A stretch of DNA of 63,706 bases, filler included, from Welwitschia mirabilis (Eukaryota): assembly GCA_051453625.1 (NCBI GenBank). It is 5 parts of one record of this genome, joined end to end, with 100 filler letters (N's around TTAATTAATTAA, not from the genome) between each part and the next. Parts side by side here need not be neighbours in the genome. Positions count along the whole stretch, not along the records: positions 44,913 to 58,657 come from JBOZIK010000001.1; positions 58,758 to 62,427 come from JBOZIK010000001.1; positions 62,528 to 63,706 come from JBOZIK010000001.1; 2 more parts are not named here. One strand, 5' to 3'. This document shows, one piece after another, positions 54,901-63,706 of this stretch. The notes beneath the pieces are model-generated. The model had not been told where the DNA came from and did no database searches. It was given only the letters and a program-made list of their open reading frames with translations. A program made the translations under genes and the position numbers. Each line of letters opens with the position of its first letter. The stretch's first letter is position 1.

Positions 54901-55550
54901 TATTTATGTCTAAGACTAGGGTTTTTGCCTTCCTTAAAGAACTAAATTTTCCCTATTTTGTGGAATAAACCCCTCTTTTAATCCCTAAATCAAATCAATT
55001 CAAAAGAAGTAATGAAATACCATAACTTACCTAAAGAGTGACTATTTGGTGGCTGAAATGAGCACCTACATGTTGTAGTTCTCTGAATCTTAAATTGCTT
55101 CATCAATTAGGAGTATTTTGGGCCCTATTTTCCTCTTATACTAGAAATCTGCCAAACAACCATTATGTCTACCATTAACGAAAATTATTTTTGTTTGAAA
55201 ATGATTTTCTGGGTACTTTTTTTTTCTTTTCCCTTTTTTTTTTTTTTTTTTTTTTATTTCTTTCTTCTCTAATATGTCTATCTAATAGAAATAGTGAAAC
55301 CTAGGAATAAATTCTACTTACTTATTAGTTAGAAATTTTTCTATTCTAAGAAAGATAATCATATTAATATCATATATTTACCTATAATTAATTCCAAGGT
55401 TATCTTGGTTTATAAATAATAACAATGTCATAAGTTTATATACTGCATTTATTTCTAGTTTTTCATCACATAAAAGATATCTTATGAATAATTTAGGAGA
55501 TATAAACTTGTTGTCAACATACATAGATAAATTTTAAGATAATACCTAAT

Positions 55551-58500
55551 TGTTGCGGTGTGCAATCTGAGAATCACTTAGATAACCTATAGATCATGTA
55601 AATTGCAGAAAACACACTCTAGTATAGACGGGAGTTCACTCAAATGTCGTAATCCAACGAAAGCACTAGGCTTAGAGTTAGAGAATTGATTTTTCGAAAG
55701 TATTTTTAGCTCTTTTTTTCTTAAGCAAAACTGAAGCGAAATACTTAAGTAGATGCAATGCTTCAATAGAAATGAAATGCAAGTGAATGGGAATGGAATG
55801 CAAATGCAGTGGAAATGGAATAGAAATGAAAATGAAAATAGATCTTACTTAGATCTTNNNNNNNNNNNNNNNNNNNNNNNNNNNNNNNNNNNNNNNNNNN
55901 NNNNNNNNNNNNNNNNNNNNNNNNNNNNNNNNNNNNNNNNNNNNNNNNNNNNNNNNNNNNNNNNNNNNNNNNNNNNNNNNNNNNNNNNNNNNNNNNNNNN
56001 NNNNNNNNNNNNNNNNNNNNNNNNNNNNNNNNNNNNNNNNNNNNNNNNNNNNNNNNNNNNNNNNNNNNNNNNNNNNNNNNNNNNNNNNNNNNNNNNNNNN
56101 NNNNNNNNNNNTAATGAGATGAAAGAAGATATTGTATTAATTCAAGTAAAATCAAAACAACATCCACTTACAAATCAGAACAACAGCACCTTAATGAGAG
56201 GGATATAGCCTAACATCAAGGATACTCCTTTCTGTAACATAGGATGGATCTCTCGCCCTTCAAGATTCTATCACAAATATCCAGTACAAAAGATGGAAAG
56301 GGAAATGAAGGAGGAGAATGGTATTTATAGATTCTCAAAAGAGGGATTTGGAGGTAAACCCTAAAGGCGGGAAATAGAAACTCTAATAATCCACATGGGT
56401 CGTTTGACCCCATTTACAACAGAATTCATTATTGTAGTGTAAAAACAGTTATCGTCTTGTATGTCGTCCATATGACATAGGGGACGACTTCACCTTAATG
56501 ACTTGGGCAGTGTGTCATGTGCTGTTATCGGCCCTGTGGTTTACCATGCATGCAGTCCTGATGCTGTCATCCTGCATGTCATCTGGACAATTATGCAGAT
56601 GATGCCCTGTCAACATGTACACCATGTGCTGCTGTCAGTGCCGCAAGCTACTATCCATGTCAGCAGTCTGGTTGTCTTGTATGTTATGGGGACGATGAGT
56701 GAGATGACGATCTTCTTTAGTTCTTCTCTCCAAGGTGAAATAGTCTTTACCTCGTACAATTCATCTTCCAATTCTGCAGTATCAGAATAGGCCCAAGAAA
56801 TTGCCATAGATGCCAGATATCACATGTTTCCTAATCATCTTATCATGACTTCATAGCTATCAGTANNNNNNNNNNNNNNNNNNNNNNNNNNNNNNNNNNN
56901 NNNNNNNNNNNNNNNNNNNNNNNNNNNNNNNNNNNNNNNNNNNNNNNNNNNNNNNNNNNNNNNNNGAGACTTCTTTCTGTAGCATAGGATGGATCTCTCG
57001 CCCTTCAAGCTTCCGTTACAAGTATCCGATCAAAAGATGGAAAAGGAAATAAAGGAGGAGAAGGGTATTTATAGATTCCCAAAAGAGGGATTTGGAGGTA
57101 AACCCTAAAGGTAGAAAATAGAAATCCTAATAACCCACATGAGTTGTTTGATCCCATTTACAATAGAATTTATTATTGTAGTGTAAAAACAATTGTTGTC
57201 CTATATGTNNNNNNNNNNATACTATGGACAATGCCCTATCAACATGTACATCATGTGCTGCTGTCGGTATCACAAGCTACTATTCATGTCAGTAGTCTAG
57301 TCGTCCTATGTGTCGTGGGGATGACAAGTGAGATGACGGTCTTTTTTAGTTCTTCTCTCCAAGGTGAATTAATCTTTGACTTGTAGAGTCCATCTTCCAA
57401 TTCTGCAGTATCAAAATAGGCCCAAAAAATTGCCAGAAATGCTAGATATCACACGTTTCTTAATCATCTTATTCATGACTTCATAGCTATCAGTATTGTA
57501 TCAAAAACCTATATGAATGACCTATAAAGATACTCAAAATACACCATCAAATTCCAACAAATTAGCATCGCAACATAGCCCCCTACTTAGTCTTGTCAGT
57601 TCCTGATAAAGTAAGCGATTAACTAGATTGTAAGCTGATTTGTTTAACGTAACAATAATGCCTGCAGAATGTAAATTGAGTCTATATAAAATGATATTAT
57701 TAACAGGTTATTAATACAAGTAGTAAAAAATTTCCTTATCCCCCTACTTAAACATGTCACTACAGAATGAAATGCAATATAGAAACAAAGAGTGAAACTT
57801 GATGGCTCCTAAAAGTGAAACTGTGTATGCATGCTAAAGAACAAAAACAATGGATCATTGTGCACATTTCAAGTAATCAGACAGATATGGTTATAAAAAC
57901 ATGTGCAAGTACTACTAGATCCTGTATGATAAAGTGTGTTAATGCTCTAAAAAATTTATGAAGAACTCATACAAACTCATCCAAAATTAGATCATGAAGC
58001 TCAAAAAAGAAAAATTTTATGCTGAACATATAAAGATTATGCCCAGAAAGGTATCCTACCCCCCCTTCCCTCCTTCTCCCAATCGGAGAAGCAATACGTC
58101 CCGAATTACACCTAAAACCAATAATACCAACCAAAAAAAAAAAAAAAATTGTTGTCCCCTATGTCGTGGAGACGATAGAGGAGAACAACAGATAATAGCT
58201 GATATGGAGAGGAATTTGAAACCTGAAAGACACAGAAAATCAAAGAATATAGGATGCAATGGAAGAGAGAGAGACCTTAGAAATAAAACAAATAAAGGGC
58301 CCAAATAGTAAATGCATGATGGAGAAGTGAAAAAAATCATAGAGGAAAAATGTAGCATGGAAAAATACTACTCAAAGATGCCTCAAATGTGCCTGAATGC
58401 ATGAAAAGCTAGAATGCATTAGATGAAAGGAACCTGTCAAAAAGAAACAATCATCCTCTGGAAAACATTACAAAAGAGTAAACATTGCATAGGCCCATGA

Positions 58501-58657
58501 TATAATAGTTGAAAGAGTAGAAGGAAACAACTTTGAAAATTCCAACAAAACAACTAAGAAAAAAACAAAATGAAAATTGACAACTAGAAATATGAAGAAG
58601 ATTGCTTAATTACCCTAAATGCTATCTTAGCAAATTCCTATAGTAACAATAATAAAA
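55551..58657 (-). mobile_element. Element G: 3' LTR (55551-57575), PPT (57576-57590) and 3' internal region of a younger Athila-like element inserted in F
   Basis: TGTTGCG...CGCAACA termini, then TAGCCCCCTACTTAG (minus-strand PPT CTAAGTAGGGGGCTA). Homologous to the LTRs of A, B and 44177-45015. Confidence 0.85.
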
Positions 58658-58757
58658 NNNNNNNNNNNNNNNNNNNNNNNNNNNNNNNNNNNNNNNNNNN
58701 NTTAATTAATTAANNNNNNNNNNNNNNNNNNNNNNNNNNNNNNNNNNNNNNNNNNNN

Positions 58758-61700
58758 ACTCTTTTGGTTAAATATTATAATTTTACCTGATCATATTTCA
58801 AACTTGACTTATGTCTTACTTTGTGAAGTATCATGATTATTTTTATACTTTGGCATTTACAAGTAGTAAGATTGGATTCACCCAATCTTGAGATATTCCC
58901 ATGTTTATAGACTATATTTAAATGAAGATGCCTTAGTTTCTTATATTTTTTCAATGGTGTTTAAATATTAGATTATTTAGAAGTGTTCTTTTCTATTTTT
59001 CTCTTACTTATTCACCTTCATCTTTCTTTAGTGCATGATCATATGGGAATTTTGTGTTCAAAAAAAAAAAGAGAAAAAGAAAAAGTGAAATAAAGGCCAT
59101 GATGTTTTCTATTGTCTCTTAAAAACATGATCATCATGATGTCCTATCACAAATACACTGAGGCAGATATTTCCGAGAGGAGCCTTTGATAGTGTAACAT
59201 GGTAGCTGTGGGAACTCCACTCGAGGGTAAGCTAGTCATGCTTTACGAGTTCTTACTCCTCTGATAGTTGTTNNNNNNNNNNNNNNNNNNNNNNNNNNNN
59301 NNNNNNNNNNNNNNNNNNNNNNNNNNNNNNNNNNNNNNNNNNNNNNNNNNNNNNNNNNNNNNNNNNNNNNNNNNNNNNNNNNNNNNNNNNNNNNNNNNNN
59401 NNNNNNNNNNNNNNNNNNNNNNNNNNNNNNNNNNNNNNNNNNNNNNNNNNNNNNNNNNNNNNNNNNNNNNNNNNNNNNNNNNNNNNNNNNNNNNNNNNNN
59501 NNNNNNNNNNNNNNNNNNNNNNNNNNNNNNNNNNNNNNNNNNNNNNNNNNNNNNNNNNNNNNNNNNNNNNNNNNNNNNNNNNNNNNNNNNNNNNNNNNNN
59601 NNNNNNNNNNNNNNNNNNNNNNNNNNNNNNNNNNNNNNNNNNNNNNNNNNNNNNNNNNNNNNNNNNNNNNNNNNNNNNNNNNNNNNNNNNNNNNNNNNNN
59701 NNNNNNNNNNNNNNNNNNNNNNNNNNNNNNNNNNNNNNNNNNNNNNNNNNNNNNNNNNNNNNNNNNNNNNNNNNNNNNNNNNNNNNNNNNNNNNNNNNNN
59801 NNNNNNNNNNNNNNNNNNNNNNNNNNNNNNNNNNNNNNNNNNNNNNNNNNNNNNNNNNNNNNNNNNNNNNNNNNNNNNNNNNNNNNNNNNNNNNNNNNNN
59901 NNNNNNNNNNNNNNNNNNNNNNNNNNNNNNNCATGCTTTACGAGTTCTTACTCCTCTGATAGTTGTTGCATTCCCCTCATCATGATAAAACAAATAAAAC
60001 ACTTTGAGGTTAGGGATCAATGATGTTTCTGGTGTTATTAGAGGCATTTCTTAGATTCTTAGTATTCCCACTTGATCATTTCACTTTTGGAGACTTCAAT
60101 GAGTTTATGGAGTAGAAGTCGGTAAGTCCATTTCTTAGTAACTTTTGGTTTTAACCTTCATTGTTCTCCACATTTGAAACTTTGGATATCGCCNNNNNNN
60201 NNNNNNNNNNNNNNNNNNNNNNNNNNNNNNNNNNNNNNNNNNNNNNNNNNNNNNNNNNNNNNNNNNNNNNNNNNNNNNNNNNNNNNNNNNNNNNNNNNNN
60301 NNNNNNNNNNNNNNNNNNNNNNNNNNNNNNNNNNNNNNNNNNNNNNNNNNNNNNNNNNNNNNNNNNNNNNNNNNNNNNNNNNNNNNNNNNNNNNNNNNNN
60401 NNNNNNNNNNNNNNNNNNNNNNNNNNNNNNNNNNNNNNNNNNNNNNNNNNNNNNNNNNNNNNNNNNNNNNNNNNNNNNNNNNNNNNNNNNNNNNNNNNNN
60501 NNNNNNNNNNNNNNNNNNNNNNNNNNNNNNNNNNNNNNNNNNNNNNNNNNNNNNNNNNNNNNNNNNNNNNNNNNNNNNNNNNNNNNNNNNNNNNNNNNNN
60601 NNNNNNNNNNNNNNNNNNNNNNNNNNNNNNNNNNTAGCTGACATTTCTCTTCTAAAAAACCTTTTGATGGACCATCGTTTAGAAAATCATCTAGATAACA
60701 CTGAAAAGGATGATGGACTAATTTTCTCTGACATTCATTCTAGGTCTGAAGTTCAGATGATACGATTAGATGATATTCTAATAAAATCGCAGCTTAATCC
60801 CTTTTCCTTATTTTTCACTCATTTTCTCATCTTTTTCCTTTATTCTTTTGAGAGACGATGATCCCTCTAACTAGTATCATCATTTTAGGATNNNNNNNNN
60901 NNNNNNNNNNNNNNNNNNNNNNNNNNNNNNNNNNNNNNNNNNNNNNNNNNNNNNNNNNNNNNNNNNNNNNNNNNNNNNNNNNNNNNNNNNNNNNNNNNNN
61001 NNNNNNNNNNNNNNNNNNNNNNNNNNNNNNNNNNNNNNNNNNNNNNNNNNNNNNNNNNNNNNNNNNNNNNNNNNNNNNNNNNNNNNNNNNNNNNNNNNNN
61101 NNNNNNNNNNNNNNNNNNNNNNNNNNNNNNNNNNNNNNNNNNNNNNNNNNNNNNNNNNNNNNNNNNNNNNNNNNNNNNNNNNNNNNNNNNNNNNNNNNNN
61201 NNNNNNNNNNNNNNNNNNNNNNNNNNNNNNNNNNNNNNNNNNNNNNNNNNNNNNNNNNNNNNNNNNNNNNNNNNNNNNNNNNNNNNNNNNNNNNNNNNNN
61301 NNNNNNNNNNNNNNNNNNNNNNNNNNNNNNNNNNNNNNNNNNNNNNNNNNNNNNNNNNNNNNNNNNNNNNNNNNNNNNNNNNNNNNNNNNNNNNNNNNNN
61401 NNNNNNNNNNNNNNNNNNNNNNNNNNNNNNNNNNNNNNNNNNNNNNNNNNNNNNNNNNNNNNNNNNNNNNNNNNNNNNNNNNNNNNNNNNNNNNNNNNNN
61501 NNNNNNNNNNNNNNNNNNNNNNNNNNNNNNNNNNNNNNNNNNNNNNNNNNNNNNNNNNNNNNNNNNNNNNNNNNNNNNNNNNNNNNNNNNNNNNNNNNNN
61601 NNNNNNNNNNNNNNNNNNNNNNNNNNNNNNNNNNNNNNNNNNNNNNNNNNNATGATGTGATCTACGACTTTACTAAATTAGATTTTTCATTTAAGTACTT

Positions 61701-62427
61701 CGGTTTTTTACTTCTTATGGGCTCCTCTACATACATAATGTTTGACTTTTCTTTGTTTTTCTCCATTTCTTTTCTCGCGATTATGTAATTCGAGATGTAT
61801 TGCATATTTAAGTAGGAGGCATGACATATTTCTAGTATTTTTATACTTTTTTTATCGAATATGGAGGTCATTATTATGCATCCATATGATGTTTTCATCT
61901 TGTTTATCTATTTTCGCATNNNNNNNNNNNNNNNNNNNNNNNNNNNNNNNNNNNNNNNNNNNNNNNNNNNNNNNNNNNNNNNNNNNNNNNNNNNNNNNNN
62001 NNNNNNNNNNNNNNNNNNNNNNNNNNNNNNNNNNNNNNNNNNNNNNNNNNNNNNNNNNNNNNNNNNNNNNNNNNNNNNNNNNNNNNNNNNNNNNNNNNNN
62101 NNNNNNNNNNNNNNNNNNNNNNNNNNNNNNNNNNNNNNNNNNNNNNNNNNNNNNNNNNNNNNNNNNNNNNNNNNNNNNNNNNNNNNNCACAGATGTGCAC
62201 AGTGCATATTATGCTTTTAAGATGAGAGAATTCTATGACATCATGCATATAGAAAGGTGACCAGGAACTTCTGGCCATCTATAGGATATGATTACTGCAT
62301 ACATTCGAGACCACAAGATTGCTATCCTCCCATTTCACATTGTTGTCATCATGGATCTTAGAGGTCTTGGGAACTTGCATATTCATTCAGTTAGTGGACA
62401 AAGGAGCTTAAGCTTATGATGCTATTT
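58758..62427 (+). mobile_element. Gapped fragments of the post-pol internal region of another Athila-like copy, probably including extra-ORF pieces (61651-62427)
   Basis: 58758-60192 is collinear with 21700-22440 and 33570-34310. 60635-60891 resembles 23750-23970. The extra-ORF assignment is tentative. Confidence 0.75.
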
Positions 62428-62829
62428 NNNNNNNNNNNNNNNNNNNNNNNNNNNNNNNNNNNNNNNNNNNNTTAATTAATTAANNNNNNNNNNNNNNNNN
62501 NNNNNNNNNNNNNNNNNNNNNNNNNNNATTTCTTATATGTACATGTTTTAATGTCTTTTTATGTTGTGTTTCAATGTTCGCTTTACTCACCCTTTTATCA
62601 CCCTAGTTTTCATGATCACAATAAGGTCTACAGGCACAAATGAAAATCTCTAAGGTATATGTCCACCACAACTTCATGTTTTTAACATGAGATTCGCTCA
62701 CTCACCCCATGTCAAAAAGGGGGCAAACTATGTATAAACAGTAACTATTGAATCACTCAAGCCCTTGTTGTTCTTCTTATGTCTAATTAATGAGTTCTTA
62801 AATGGTTGATTTAATAGAGGTGTTTGCAT

Positions 62830-63562
62830 TGGTTTAGTTTGACACCTTGAAGAAGAGTAATTCTGCTGATTTGGATTGTTTTGAAAACAAAAATGGTGGT
62901 TTTAGTTTTTAGCTAATTCTTCCTGCAGGGTTAGTCACATTTGAAGAAACATCGACATCTGAACCAGTGACGTTGTTACGTTTTCTTTTCCCAACACCAC
63001 TGACTCTGTTATGATGGCTTATTTTTCACCCTTAATCCACCATCCAAAAACTGAAACCCAAAACGCAGGAGTGTACTACGCACTGTGCACTAGCGATGAT
63101 CCATCCCTCTCCATCTCCCATTTTCCATCTTCTAAATTCCAAAATNNNNNNNNNNNNNNNNNNNNNNNNNNNNNNNNNNNNNNNNNNNNNNNNNNNNNNN
63201 NNNNNNNNNNNNNNNNNNNNNNNNNNNNNNNNNNNNNNNNNNNNNCCTTGGTTCTGTTTGACACCTTGAAGAAGAGTAATTCTACTGATTTAGATTGTTT
63301 TGAAAAAAAAAATGGTGGTTTTGTTTTTAGCTAATTCTTCCTACAGGGTTAGTTACATTTGAAGAAACACCAACATTTGAACCAGTGATGTTGTTACGTT
63401 TTCTTTTCCCAACACCACTGACTCTGTTATGACAGCTTATTTTTCATCCTTAATCCACGATCCAAAACTAAATCCCAAAATGCAGGAGTGCACTGCGCAC
63501 TATGCACTAGCGATGATTCATCCCTCTCCATCTCACATTTTCCGTCTTCTAAATTCCAAAAT
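62830..63562. repeat. ~310 bp direct duplication (62830-63145 vs 63250-63562) across a gap
   Basis: Near-identical copies that differ by scattered, mostly transition, substitutions. Confidence 0.85.
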
Positions 63563-63706
63563 AAATGTCCACTAAACCCACCATCTTGCAATTCTTGCAT
63601 CTTCAATCCATGTTAAAGAGCACCATGCCAAAACCATGATCATATCCTATCGTGTTTCAAGATGAGCAGATCACTGCCATATCTATGTGTCTGGCTTGTC
63701 CTTTTG

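Larger units (their letters stand above)
49203..55213 (-). mobile_element. Apparently full-length (~6.0 kb) L1-clade LINE, decayed
   Basis: TSD TAC-T10-C-T4 (49185-49202) / TAC-T9-C-T4 (55214-55230). ORF1 and ORF2 motifs are in the expected order. Confidence 0.88.
49152..55550 (-). mobile_element. Element F: U5 end of a minus-strand LTR of the C (Tekay) family, in two pieces (49152-49202 and 55214-55550)
   Basis: The two pieces match the reverse complement of C's LTR end 46410-46766 (e.g. ctaataga.atagtgaaa, atgtcataagttt, aaagatatctt, aggagat.taaactt). Starts TGTAATAC. Confidence 0.8.

Noticed and set aside
55217..55255. Poly-T tract as the tail of a second LINE or retrogene
   Set aside because: It is the L1 TSD plus the A-rich tract normally present near the end of C-family LTRs (compare 46692-46731).
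57994..58358. Overlapping 104 aa basic and 100 aa hydrophobic ORFs
   Set aside because: Low-complexity 3' internal region of G; no counterpart ORF in A or B.
59236..62278. Long ORFs in the ORF track (also 22812-23507, 55753-56208, 7726-7982)
   Set aside because: They consist mostly of X residues from N gaps.

Overview
Gene-free, very AT-rich plant heterochromatin built almost entirely of nested, decayed retrotransposons, with many assembly gaps. LTR termini, PBS/PPT sites and target-site duplications (TSDs) give a five-level nest. A chromovirus-type Ty3/gypsy pol (E: 1481-3254 + 47971-49151) contains a minus-strand Ty1/copia unit (D: 3255-47965, TSD AATTT). D contains a Tekay/Del-type chromovirus with ~3.6 kb LTRs (C: 10346-46766, TSD AACAT/CACAT). 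C contains an Athila-like element (A: ~15402-38446), which contains a second Athila-like element (B: 25537-36405, TSD ATCAC). The integrase of E is also interrupted by a minus-strand C-family LTR (from 49152). That LTR hosts an apparently full-length L1 LINE with RNase H (49203-55213) and a younger Athila-like element (from 55551). All coding regions are pseudogenised, mostly by C->T/G->A changes. No intact host gene, rRNA, tRNA or CRISPR was seen. Best leads: (1) a non-coding module downstream of Athila pol, conserved in three copies, with box C/D snoRNA-like architecture, a multi-stem RNA and a GTAAGT donor ahead of an extra ORF; (2) a copia unit that seems to carry repeated protease/integrase modules but no RT catalytic core. 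All domain calls were read by eye from degenerate frames, with no database search.
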